A stretch of 64,000 nucleotides of DNA from Octopus sinensis (GCF_006345805.1 NC_043006.1:2604001-2668000); one strand, 5' to 3'. Positions 25,469 to 37,660 are shown, numbered from the stretch's first letter. Notes: generated by a model from the letters alone, not told the origin. Made by a program: numbers and translations.

Positions 25469-26477
25469 GTAATCATTGTTGTTGGCTGTTTCTTGTTTGA
25501 GGATTTCTCTACTGAAAGAAATAATACCAGGAAGAATTGTCATTACCAAAGATTGACCCAAACACTATGGTTTCAGGGCCATTGTCTGCAGGACGTGTAG
25601 AATGAGACCTGCTGCAGAAGATGATGGAACTGCAATGGATTATCCACTGATCCAACTGTAGTCTTGAATGACATCGTCCTAGTGACCAGTCCATCTGGCA
25701 TGGCCATCACCTCCTATTTTTAGACATTATTCAGATCGGCCTTTGTTGACCACTTGGTCTGCTGGTGAGATCTTGAAGAGTGGTTGATTGTAGTTAGTCT
25801 GGGTTTGATCCTTTTGACCTTTACCCCCAAAGCATCACTTTTAGAGTCATTGTACCATGCAAGCCCTCCATCGCCACAAAGACTGACCATCAGAGAATGT
25901 TAAAGTAATATATGAAGTAAAATGTTTCAACATGTAAACATCGTCCCTACATGTTATCTCTGCCAACTCTTCTGCACATAAAGAGTCAACTGATGAGGAG
26001 CAAACTCCTCCACTACTTAGGGATTTGCTTGTTTCTGGCGATGGAGAAGATAAATCAAAACTTTCATATCATCTTACATAGTAAATATGACAGTCTTCTT
26101 TCGTTCAGTGTAGTTCCCAATCTGATATATGAGAGTCAATCACTTATTTCATTTTTTCTTTTTTCTTTTTGTGTGCTTTCATCTTCAGTTTCTGGCCCTT
26201 TAATTCTGGGCCAGCTTCCTAAATCTTAAATTTCTTCCGCAATGGCTGGTGCAGTTAGATTGATTTATTGTGTTGCAGAGAAGTAGCATTTTTATATTTG
26301 TTAATCTAATTTAAATTTGCTCAGAGCTGATTAGGCCAGCTATTCTGATTGTTGACATTTCATAATTTTACTGTATCTATATTTAATATACATACATGCG
26401 TATGTAAGAATGTAGGTGTATGTGTGTGTATGTCTGTCTGTCTGTCTGTATGTATGTATGTGTGTGTATATATATAT

Positions 26478-26715
26478 CATCATCATCATCATCATCGTTT
26501 AACGTCCGTTCTCCATGCTAGCATGGGTTGGACGGTTCAACCGGGGTTCTGGAAAGCCAGAAGGCTGCACCAGGCTCCAGTCTAATCTGGCAATGTTTCT
26601 ACAGCTGGATGCCCTTCCTAACGCCAACCACTCCGTGAGTGTAGTGGGTGCTTTTTACATGCCACCTGCACAGGTGCCAGGCAAGGCTGGCATCGGCCAC
26701 GGTCAGATTGGTGTA
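26478..26715 (-). mobile_element. RTE 3'-end copy
   Basis: Near-identical to the RTE terminus at 30231-30430. Confidence 0.9.
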
Positions 26716-26719
26716 TTTT

Positions 26720-26776
26720 ATATATATATGTTTATAATTATAAACGCACACGCATATATATATGCATGCATATATC

Positions 26777-26828
<52 letters not shown>

Positions 26829-26832
26829 ATAC

Positions 26833-26905
<73 letters not shown>

Positions 26906-27230
26906 CATACACATATATAACTATCTACATATAGATACATATCTATACACACACACACACAAGCACAAAGAATGTGTACTGTTATTGAATGTTTCTCATT
27001 CAGAGATTTAGAAATAATTATTTATATATATATATACACACACACACATATACATACATACATGTTATATATGTATATATGTATATACATCTATACACAC
27101 ACACCCACATATAAATACATAACAGATTTTCTCCCCACCTTGAGCAGATAAATTGTTTTACCTTATATATGTGTATGTATGTACATTTGTGTGTGTGTGT
27201 TTGTGTGTGTGCACGCATGCATGCATGTGT
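26720..27230. repeat. Long (TA)n/(TACA)n/(CA)n microsatellite block
   Basis: Direct inspection. Confidence 0.95.
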
Positions 27231-27729
27231 GTGTTATCATGATCATGTATATATTCTGCTATCACCATGTAACACATATAGTTAGTGGTACCTTGTACCT
27301 GCTGGCCGTGTATATATTAACAGTAATTGCTTCTACCAGTTCCTGATATGTTTTATTTTTGCCTGCTAATCCTCTGATGAAGCATGTCCAATTTGCAGGA
27401 TGTCTATGATTTATCACCTCATCTTTGCATCAGAGGATGCAGCAACAGCTGTCTAGAGACCAAAGAAGTATTTTTTGACATATTTCTTTGCCCTTTCTTC
27501 ATTTCTTCTTTGTGGCTCTCATTCAGCTCAACATCTTTCATAGAGATGAATGTTGCTTCTGTAAGTATTCTCCCTCTGCCTAATTGAGACCTGTTAGGAA
27601 AATGTATTCTCAAAAATGAAACCAGTGGGTGTTTATAGCACCGTGGAGTGTTTATTTAATGTTACATGCGTGTATGTATGTATATTTGTGTATTAATTTT
27701 CATAAAGTATAGTAAAGAAAAATTATCTT

Positions 27730-27968
27730 TCCAAGTCCTGCTGACTTATAAGGGCTAGTTTCCTGGTTTCATAGCATAGATATTCCCTAACCTGGAGGGG
27801 ACATTGGTGCATCACAAGGTTACTCATTTTTATTAGTTAACTGGACTGGAGCAAAGTGAACTGGAGTGTTTTGCTCAAGAACACAACGCGTTGCCCAGTC
27901 CAGGAATCGAAACCACAATCTTACAATCATGAGTCTGACACCCTAGCCACTCAGCCACGTGCTTCCAC
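27730..27968 (-). mobile_element. tRNA-derived SINE (family C-like core)
   Basis: Minus strand GCACGTGGCTGAGTGGCTAGGGTGTCAGACTCATG...GGTTTCGATTCC...TTCTTGAGCAAAACAC...TTGCTCCAGTCCAG. Confidence 0.8.
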
Positions 27969-28047
27969 AATAAACTTTTATAGCCATATCAAGTTTCTAA
28001 ACGTCCTCTTCACATTCTTTTTTCTCTCACAAACGATGGTAACCCAG

Positions 28048-28182
28048 CAAAATAATGTTGGCCATGCATACATACACTCAGTTTGCTTTGAACCACATCT
28101 GTGGACAGACCATGAATGAAGTTGTATCGTTAAAAATAGCCGGAAGGCAAATGCAATTGCTGGCTGTTTATGCAGCAAAAAC
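28048..28182 (+). CDS. Candidate internal exon (KIMLAMHTYTQFALNHICGQTMNEVVSLKIAGRQMQLLAVYAAK), unidentified protein
   Basis: 44 open codons between cccag| and |gtacgt (135 nt, phase 2-2). An alternative acceptor at 28082 gives phase 0, which would join the exon at 25370. Confidence 0.4.
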
Positions 28183-29252
28183 GTACGTCAGACAAAATTT
28201 AAGCCAAATATGATGAATAGTTGACTGTAAAAATATAAAATATGCAGAGGTACTAATCTCCATATTCATTGTAATTGCTTTGGATTTACACACTCCTGAA
28301 AATTTCCTAATCCAGAGAAGTAAACCCAAGATTTGCCCATTGGATGAATTACAGTGGGATTACTTACCCTAAGTAATCCCATGTGCTCGTTACAATTTAA
28401 TTAGCCTGAACCTAGATTATAACTGAGTGCTCATATGGCACCTGCCGGAATGATCTATCCCTATATACTCATCATACATACATATACTCATCATATATAC
28501 ATGTGTGTGTCTGTGTGCACGCGTGCGTGTGTGTATGTGTGTAAATTAATACAACCTTTGTAGAACCTGTCCCTCTTGTGTTGTCTTTTTTTTTCTTGTT
28601 CATTGCTTAATATATACATCATTAAAAAGAAGGGATTTATTAGATCTTGGCAAATTATTCTGGGAGCACCTCTGCATATTTCTGGCTGGACAGATTACTC
28701 CACAAAATTATATTCCAGGTAATTCAGCTGGTCAGATCAGCAGTTAATACAAGGATTAAAACAGTTGTCTACTGGTGCTAGGTATCCTGCAAATTCATGT
28801 GTCATGGGAATAATTGGTAACTTTTACATGGTGCGATATTTAGTAAACAAGAAGAAAAACAAACAGATAGTTCAGAGCCTTGTTAGGAAAGAAAATACGC
28901 AGTCATGTTTACAAACACACGCAAGGAAATATATGCATACATCCATAAGCATACTGTATGTGAATATACGAAAATTTGTGTATATATATAGACACACACA
29001 CACACATATATATAAATGTGTATATATAGAGATATATACACAAGTATGATGTGTGAATGAATAGATATGTCTCTCACTCTTTCTCTCAACTTCATTTTTA
29101 CTAACCACTTTAAACTTGATAAGACATTGCAGAAAATGCTAAGTTAATAAACTTTATATTCTTTTGGTTGGCTTCACTTACCTCGTTCACTTGTAACGAT
29201 TTATTTTCAATAATGTGTTAATTAGAAATAACATCTTTACAGAAATGCTTAA

Positions 29253-29336
29253 GTAGTAGTAGTAGCAGTAGTAGTAGTAGTAGTAGTAGTACTTGTAGTA
29301 GTAGTAGTAGTACTTGTAGTAGTAGTAGTAGTACTT

Positions 29337-29368
<32 letters not shown>
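29253..29368. repeat. (TAG)n microsatellite with periodic TACTTG interruptions
   Basis: Direct inspection. Confidence 0.95.
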
Positions 29369-29369
<1 letters not shown>

Positions 29370-29633
29370 ATGAGACTCCATTCTGCTAGAGACAGACAGA
29401 AGCACCATGTTTGTCATGTAATTCTTACCGATTCTCTCTTTCTCTCGTAACAGTTCAAGACTTAATTTCAGTCACTGCGTTACACTTATCAAGAAATAAC
29501 CAAAAATGCTAAGCGAATATATTTTGTATCCATTTGATTTTATTTGCTTTATTTACCTCACTCATCAGTAACTATTTATTCATTAATAAGCTTTTAATGA
29601 GAAATAATATTTTTATGAAACTGCTCATTGTTG

Positions 29634-29684
<51 letters not shown>

Positions 29685-29689
<5 letters not shown>

Positions 29690-30230
29690 TGCCCTGATGC
29701 AGTACCAGGCAGTGGCTCTCATGGCTTCTGATCTTAACTGATTGGAATTGTTATCATGTACATTGTTTTGTCTTGGTATAAAAGATGGGCTACAGCAAAT
29801 ATTCTGCTCAATACCACAGATTTGCTTGTCAGTTGTTTGACCTTAACCAGTTGAGCATGTCCCTTAGTGGCTGACGATATGTGCATCTCTGATCACGAGC
29901 AGAAGTAGTGGGGGAGCATCATAGCCATGTGTTGAGAGGAATTCTTTGATGGTTTCGATAATTCACCTCTGGAAACATGGGTATCTTGTTCACCATACTT
30001 AAGCAACCCTTATTCAGGGACCTTTTGAGAGGGATGGGCTACTCGACCTCTTCACATTCTAACTGGTCATGTGCTGTTTATCTTGATATGAGATCACAAT
30101 TTTGTGCACACATGGTTGCGATGCATGTGCCTAGTGTACCCTTATCAGATGGGTAGTCATGATGGGTATACTGGGCTTCGTATATTTTACCCCAGTGTCA
30201 CTTTGATGGCATGCACTGCTCTCTCACTCA
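29685..30230. mobile_element. ~540-bp interspersed repeat preceded by (AAT)n
   Basis: GCCCTGATGCAGTACCAGGCAGTGGCTCTCATGG...GCACTGCTCTCTCACTCA, recalled as an abundant octopus repeat. There is no second copy in the window to confirm it, and class and strand are not determined. Confidence 0.55.
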
Positions 30231-33184
30231 ATCATCATCATCATCATCATCATCGTTTAGCATCCGTTTTCCATGCTAGCATGGGTTGGACGGTTCTACT
30301 GGGGTCTGTGAAGCCAGAAGGCTTCATCAGGCCCAGTCAAATCTGGCAGTGTTTCTACGGCTGGATGCCCTTCCTAACGCCAACCACTCCGTGAGTGTAG
30401 TGGGTGCTTTTTACGTGCCACCCGCACTGGTGCCAGACAGAGCTGGCAAACGGCCACGAACGGATGGTGCTTTTTATGTGCCACCGGCACAAGGGCCAGG
30501 CGAGGCTGGCAACGGACACGAAACGGGGCGGTGCTAGCAACGGTCGCGAAACGGAAAGTTCTCTTACATGCCACCGGCACTGGTAACACATCTGCAATTT
30601 CCATTGATCGATTTCCATTGATCGATTTCCATTGATCGATTTCGATTCTGATCGTCACTTGCCTCAACGGGTTTTGACATGCCACCGGCACTGGTAGCAC
30701 ATCCGCAATTTCCATTGATCGATTTCGATTCTGATCCTCACTTGCCTCGTCACGTCTTCACAAGTAGAGTTTTGTGTCCCAAGAAGGGAAGGTATACATA
30801 CGTAGGCTGGCTCCATCCCATGTAGAAGGCCACGGGTTATGGACTCACTTGTCCTGCCGGGTCTTCTCGCGCACAGCACACTTCGAGAGGTCTCGGTCTC
30901 TAGTCATTTCCTCAGTGAGACCTAAAGTTCGAAGGTCGTGCTTCACCACCTCGTCCCAGGTTTTCCTGGGTCTGCCTCTTCCACAGGTTCCCTCAACCGC
31001 TAGGGTGTGGCACTTTTTCACACAACTATCTTCATCCATTCTCGCCACATGACCATACCAGCGCAAACGTCTCTCTTGCACACCACAACTGATGCTTCTT
31101 AGGTCCAGCTTTTCTCTCAAGGTACTTACACTCTGCCGAGTGTGAGTACCGGCATTACACATCCATCGGAGCATACTGGCTTCATTTCTAGCGAGCTTAC
31201 GCATATCCTCAGCAGTCACGGCCCATGTTTCACTGCCATGTAGCATGGCTGTTCGTACACACGCATCATACAGTCTGCCTTTCACTCTGTGCGAGAGGCC
31301 TTTTGTCACCAGTAGAGGTAAGAGCTCTCTGAACTTTGCCCAAGCTATTCTTACTCTAGCAGTTACACTTTCAGCACACCCCCCCCCCGCTGCTGACTTG
31401 GTCACCTAGGTAACGGAAACTATCAACTATTTCTAGTTTTTCTCCCTGGAAAGTGACGGAAGTTGGTCTCAGAGCATTTTCAGTGTTTATTGTTCCTGAG
31501 CATCTGCCACATACAAAAACCATCTTCCTAGTTAGCCTTCCTTTGACATTGCTGCATCTCTTATGTGTCCATAGCTTACACTTGGTGCATCTTATAGAGT
31601 TTCTCTACCTACACCTTTTCTACAGATCGAGCAGGGCCATCTACCTGAAGGTGTTTGTGATTTGTCTACCTTCCTACTGATTACGACTTTGGTTTTAGCT
31701 AGATTGACTCTGAGGCCCTTCGATTCTAATCCTTGTTTCCACACCTGAAACTTCTCCTCCAGTTCTGATAGCGACTCAGCAATTAGAGCAAGGTCATCAG
31801 CATAGAGGAGCTCCCAAGGGCATCCTGTCTTGAATTCCTCCGTTATTGCCTGGAGGACTATGATAAATAGGAGGGGGCTGAGTACTGAGCCTTGGTGGAC
31901 TCCTACCTCTACCCGGAATTCTTCACTGTACACATTTCCAACCCTCACCCTACTAGCGGCGTCCCTGTACATGGCTCGCACAGCTCTCACTAACCATTCA
32001 TCTATCCCTAGTTTCCTCATTGCCCACCAGATAAGGGATCGGGGGACCCTGTTGAAGGCTTTCTCCATGTCAACAAAAGCCAGGTACAGGGGCTTATCTT
32101 TGGCTAGGTATTTCTCCTCGCAGCTGCCTTACCAGGAATATAGCATCAGTAGTACTTTTCCCTGGCACAAACCCAAACTGCATCTCATCTAAACTAACTC
32201 TCTCTCTAATTAGTTGGGCTATGACCCTCTCCGTAACCTTCATCACCTGGTCCAACAGCTTGATACCTCTGTAGTTATTTGTATCTAGGGCATCACCTTT
32301 ACCTTTGTAGCAGTTGACTATTATACTGCTACACCAGTCATTGGTATGACCCCTTTGTGTATCACCTGATTAACTATACGGGTGACTAGGCTATAGCCGA
32401 CACTACCAGACATTTTGAGCATCTCTGCAGTGATTCCTGATGGGCCTGGGGCTTTCCCTGTCTTCATGCTTCTAATTGCCTTAGCTACCACGGAACTATC
32501 AACTCGGATAGCTGGTCCCTCTGTTGGGTCAACATTCGGCAGACTCTCTTTATCCCATTCATTTTCTTCATTCAGCAACCTTTCATAGTGGCATCTCCAA
32601 ACCTCTCTCTTTGCATCCTCATTTAGTGCAAGTGAACCATCTTCCATGCGAACACACTTCTCTCCTACCACATCACGATTCTCTCTCACACACTGTCTTG
32701 CAACACGAAACACCTCCAGTCTTTGGTCCTCACGGCGCAGAACATTGGCAAATTTTTTCTTATCAGCTTCCCCTCTGGCTAAATAAACCTGTCTCCTAGC
32801 TTCTCTTTTGGCAGTCTGATACAATCCCCTGCGACCCCCATTTTTCCAGACCTTCCAAGCCTGTCTCTTTTCTCTAATAGCCCTGTCTACAATATTGTTC
32901 CACCACCACGTTATTCTAGGTCGAGAGGGGACTTTGCACCAGCCACAGATCTGGTCAGTGGCTCTCAGCAGGTTGTCCCTTAGAAACGTCCAGCTGTCTT
33001 CTACCCCCTGTGATGCTCTATCCCCTTCTACTTCGTCAGAGGCTTCAAGTAATATGTCCCTAAATCTCTGTCCATTTGCAGGATCTTTAAGCTTCCAGAT
33101 CCTTCTTCTCCATATTTGTCGTCTTCTGGTTGTCCTCCTAGTCCTGATCCTAAAGTCACTAACTACCAGTCTATGTTGTGGGGT
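30231..33184 (-). mobile_element. RTE-clade LINE, 5'-truncated, relatively young, frameshifted
   Basis: ORF pieces 32321..32824 (KTGKAPGPSGITAEMLK), 31592..32068 (KAFNRVPR, GVHQGSVLSPLLF, LLYADDLAL) and 30845..31405 (YGHVARM...GRGRPRKTW), plus a ~610-nt 3' UTR ending in a (GAT)n tail. Frameshifts near 32340 and 31600. Confidence 0.95.
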
Positions 33185-33530
33185 TAATCCTTTCTACTAT
33201 AGGTGCAAGGCCTGAAATTTTGGGGGAGGGGGCTTGTCGATTACATTGTCCCCAGTAATTGACTGGTACTCATTTTATTGACTCTGAAAGGATGAAAGGT
33301 AAAGTCAACCTCAGTAGAATTTGAACTCAGAATATAAAGCTGGACAAAATGCTGCTAAGCATTTTGACCGGCATAACAATAATTCTACCAGCTTGCTGCC
33401 AATCCCTTCTATTTTAGGGTCAAGGCCTGAAATTCTAGGGAAGTGGCTAGTCAATTGCTCAACCCCAGTACTTGACTGTTACTTATTTCATCGACCCCGA
33501 ATGGATGAAATGCAAAGTCAACCTTGAACA
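33185..33530 (-). mobile_element. Two tandem SINE family B copies
   Basis: Reverse-complement family B tail and core segments occur twice. Confidence 0.8.
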
Positions 33531-34400
33531 CAGAACAAAGGACTACTTTTATGAGGTCCTCCTGCTGACAACATTAATAATGAATGACAGCCATCTTGTT
33601 ATTGTGATTGGTGATTTTAGTGGACATATTGGGCTATATCACTGTGACTTCTCTGGTGCACCTAGAAGCTATGGTTCCTTGAAGTAGAAAGGAAGATTTA
33701 CTGTGAACTTGTTTTGGTTAATGTAGCCTTATGTGATTAGCAAGATCAGCTTTAAGGCATACAAGCTTGGTTACAAATTGAACATTGAAATGACCATTGA
33801 TATCTGTGAATGGAAATAGTTATGATAAAAAGGTGTAGAATAGTCAAAGAAATTCTCTGGACAGATGAAGAGAGAAATGGGATTTGATGAAACTACGTGA
33901 AGCAAATCATTTTAATTACAGTATATGGATGAAATCATCATAAGTAGAGAAGTTTTTTGTTTTGTTTTATTAGAGGTTGCTTAGTTATTTCTCAAAAAAA
34001 AATGCACAGCAAAGACTACAAGGAATCAAACACCAAATAATGTCAATGGTTCATGTTTCGTCATTGTGTTTGTAGCGAAGATAGTTGTTAAAGGTTCAGA
34101 CCTATTTGGAAGGGGACAGTTTATCTTCAAATAGAACACTTCTGGGTAAAGGAACTAAATTATCAGTAGTTTTGATATCTAGTTTGATATCTAGGATAAA
34201 CATACTAGATTGTCATTAGTTTGATATCTGTCTGTCCTTTTGGTTGAGCCTGTGGCTGTGGAGGCTTCCATTCAGTTTCCATCTACCAGATTCACTCACA
34301 AGGCATTGGTTGTCCTGGGGCTTTAGTAAAAGACACTTGCCGAAAGTGCTGCAAAGTGGGACTGAACCTGAAGCCATGAGCTTGTAAAGCAAGCATGTAA

Positions 34401-34449
34401 CCTATCTCTAGGTTTGCCTATCTCTAGGTTTGCCTATCTCTAATGTTTG
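34401..34449. repeat. 16-bp tandem repeat (CCTATCTCTAGGTTTG) x3
   Basis: Two perfect copies and one degenerate copy, at the head end of a minus-strand family A SINE (~34240-34390). Confidence 0.9.
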
Positions 34450-35181
34450 CTTTGTTAGTTTTCATGTTTATTTTGCTTGAACGTTAAAGGGGAAGTTATC
34501 CACAAACAGACATTATTAGTTTGATTTTCCATCAGTCTCATTTCAATAAGATATTTCTTAGTGTTTATTTTCATGGCATTGTTATGCTGGATACATGAAG
34601 TGGGGTTTTTGTTTGTTTTGTTTTTATTGGCATTGTCATGTCACCAAAAGCTGGGTCTCTGTAGAAGAACAATTGTTTGACTGCCAGTGTCTCTTGTGCT
34701 TTCTCAGGGAAAACAGTAGCAATTAGAAATACACAGCAGTGACTTACTCTGCTGCAGAATTCAAAAGCAAGTTGCTACTGTTGGCCTGACTTTATGGCTT
34801 AAACTACTTTCATGCACACACGGCTGTCAGCTGTCTTTTGATCCACAAACAAATATACACAAACACATGTGTTTCTGTAGTAGTAGTAGTAGTAGTAGTA
34901 GTAGAATTATCATCATCATCATTATTATTGTATAAAAAGTCACAGCTTATATTGCTGGATATGATGGAAAGTGTCAGCTGTCCACAGCCAACAGACTAAG
35001 ATGACACATTATATTATTATTATTATTATTATCATCATTATTATTATTATTATTATCATTGTTATTATCATTGTTATTATTATTATTATCATTATTATTA
35101 TTGTTATTATTATTATTATTACTATTGTTATTATTATTATTATTATTATTATTGTTGTTATTATTATTATTGTTGTTATTA

Positions 35182-35560
35182 TTACCTCCGCCTTAGCAAA
35201 GGCAGAGGTATTGTTTTCAGTAGCATTTGTTTGTTTGTTTGTTTGTTTGTTTGTCCGTGGACAAGATATCTCAAAAGCCACTTGTTGGATTCGGATAAAA
35301 CTTTCAGGGATGTTTGGTCTTGTGACTGGCACGAACTGATAAGATTTTGGGATTGATTGGGTACCAGACAAAGATTCTGGATTATTTATCTCGTCTTTTT
35401 ACTTAATTTTTGTGAGTGGTTGGGTTCGTTTTTAGTATTCTTGTTTGTGAGAACAGTTGAGTTTATTTCAGATATTCTCATTTTAAGAATCATCTCCAGC
35501 TAATCGTTGAGAGGACATTGGTGTTGCCTTGGCAGAGGCTTGCGCACTCTGGCTGCTTTT
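35182..35560 (+). mobile_element. Helentron-associated (HINE/DINE-1-like) non-autonomous element
   Basis: 5' TTACCTCCGCCTT-AGCA-AAGGCAGAGG hairpin/subterminal repeat, internal (GTTT)n, and 3' CCTTGGCAGAGG followed by a GCGCACTCTGGCTGC stem. This matches the described HINE architecture. Confidence 0.65.
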
Positions 35561-35564
35561 ATTA

Positions 35565-35620
<56 letters not shown>

Positions 35621-35995
35621 AGGTTGTAAGTTGGCATAATCATTAGCATGCCGGCCAAAATGCTTAGTGGTATTTCGTCTCTCTTCATATTCTGAGTTCA
35701 AATTCCACCAAGGTCAGCTTTGCATTTCATCCTTCTGTATTCTGATGTCAATAAAATAAGGACCAGTTAAGTACTGGGCTTGATGTAATTGACTTACCCT
35801 GTCACCCAAAATTGCCTTGCCATTATCATTAATATTCTGTTCAGCTTTACATTCTGAGTTCAAATTCTGCTGAGGCCAACTTTGCCTTCCATCCTTTTAG
35901 GGTTGATGAAAATAAGTGTCACCTGAGCACTGGGATTCATGTAATTGACTAGGTCCCTCCTCCAAATTTCAGGCCTTCTCCCTAGTGTAGAAAGG

Positions 35996-36031
<36 letters not shown>

Positions 36032-36050
36032 CTTGTGGCCAATAAAAAGA

Positions 36051-36102
<52 letters not shown>

Positions 36103-36353
36103 TATTATTATTATCATCATTATTATTATTATTATTATAAGGTTGTAAGTTGGCATAATCATTAGCATGCCGGCCAAAATGCTTAGTGGTATTTCGTCTC
36201 TCTTCATATTCTGAGTTCAAATTGCGCTGAGGTCAACTTTGCCTTTCATCCCTTCAGGGCTGATAAATTATGTACCAGTTGAACACTGGGGTTAATGTAA
36301 TCAACACATCCTCTGTCCCAAAATGGCTGCCCTTGTGGCAAAATTTGAAACTG

Positions 36354-36408
<55 letters not shown>

Positions 36409-36624
36409 GGCGGCAAGCTGGCAGAATCATTAGCAGCATTTTGTCTGTCTTTATGTTCTGAGTTCAATTTCTGCCATGGTTGACTTTGCCTTTCATCCTT
36501 TCGAGATCGATAAATTAAGTACCAGTGAAACATTAGGGTTGGTGTAATCAACTAGTCCCCTCCCCAACAAAATTTCAGACCCTGTGTCTATGGTCGAAAA
36601 GATAATTATTATCCTTATTGTTAT

Positions 36625-36755
36625 TATATGAACACTCACAGCTTATTTTGCTGGGTTATGATGGAAAGTGTCAGCTGTCCATCCACAGCCAGCTGACGAA
36701 GGTGACACTTGTTTGCTGGTCAGGCTTCAAGAACCCTGCAAAGAATTCTTGCAGT
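36625..36755 (-). mobile_element. 3' end of an R4/Dong-like (RLE) non-LTR retrotransposon; shorter copy at ~34925-35010
   Basis: Minus strand reads TARILCRVLEA*, then a 3' UTR (CACCTT...ACAGCTGACAC...AAGCTGTG) homologous to that at 51355-51430, then TAA repeats. Confidence 0.65.
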
Positions 36756-36825
36756 ATTATTGTTGTTGTTGTTGTTGTTATTGTTGTTGTTGTTTTTCTT
36801 CTTCTTCTTCGTCTTCTCCTCCACC

Positions 36826-36869
<44 letters not shown>

Positions 36870-37444
36870 AGCAGCATTAGTAGTGGAATTATTATTTGTA
36901 ATAATCGTAGTCTGAATCCATATTCTGGATTCTTTGTAGTTGATATTTTACTATCAATTTTAATATAACTATAACTAAATAAAACATATCACTTGTCTCA
37001 ACTGTTCACTTATGTTACATATGCACACACATTCACATACACACACACACACACACATGTATACACACACATATGCACTTAAACACACACACACACACAC
37101 ATGCGCACATTGGCAGCATCTACTCAGCTAACAAATTTTTCAAAACTTTATCACATTACCTACCAGACTTCAATATCATCAATATTAGGTAAACTGGAAA
37201 ATGTTTTTACCTGAACTAAGTAGATTACTTCTTTATACTCTTCTTCTTTTTCTCTTCTTTCACTGTTCTCTTACTTAATGAAGTTATCCTCTGTCTACCT
37301 TCCACTCTATTGATAAATTTACAAAAATTTATTTTTATAAGTTTTTTTTGGTTTTTTTCTGACTTTCACATTATCCAAAATGAGTATTGAAAAGATCTAT
37401 TGATAACAGAGTTACAGTTCTGATATTTTTCTAGCTCTTAATAT

Positions 37445-37660
37445 TGGTTTCAAATTTTGGCGCAAGGCCAGCAGTTTCAGGGGATGGAGTAAGTTGATTA
37501 CATTGACTCTGGTGTTCAACTGCCACTTATTTTATCGATCCTGGAAGGATGAAAGGCAAAGTTGACCATGGCGGCATTTGAACTCAGAACATAAAGGTGA
37601 ATGAAATGCCACTAAGCATTTTGCCCAGCATGTTAACCATTCTGCCAGCTTGATGCCTTC
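37445..37660 (-). mobile_element. SINE family B
   Basis: Reverse complement of the family B consensus. Confidence 0.85.

Larger units (their letters stand above)
34875..36900. repeat. (ATT)/(ATC)/(GTT)/(TAG) microsatellite cluster with at least four family B SINEs and other inserts
   Basis: Direct inspection; SINE B copies at ~35620, 35840, 36140 and 36408. Confidence 0.9.

Noticed and set aside
28646-28718. Segment ending CAG|gtaatt with all three frames open
   Set aside because: The upstream region is purine-rich with no credible acceptor.
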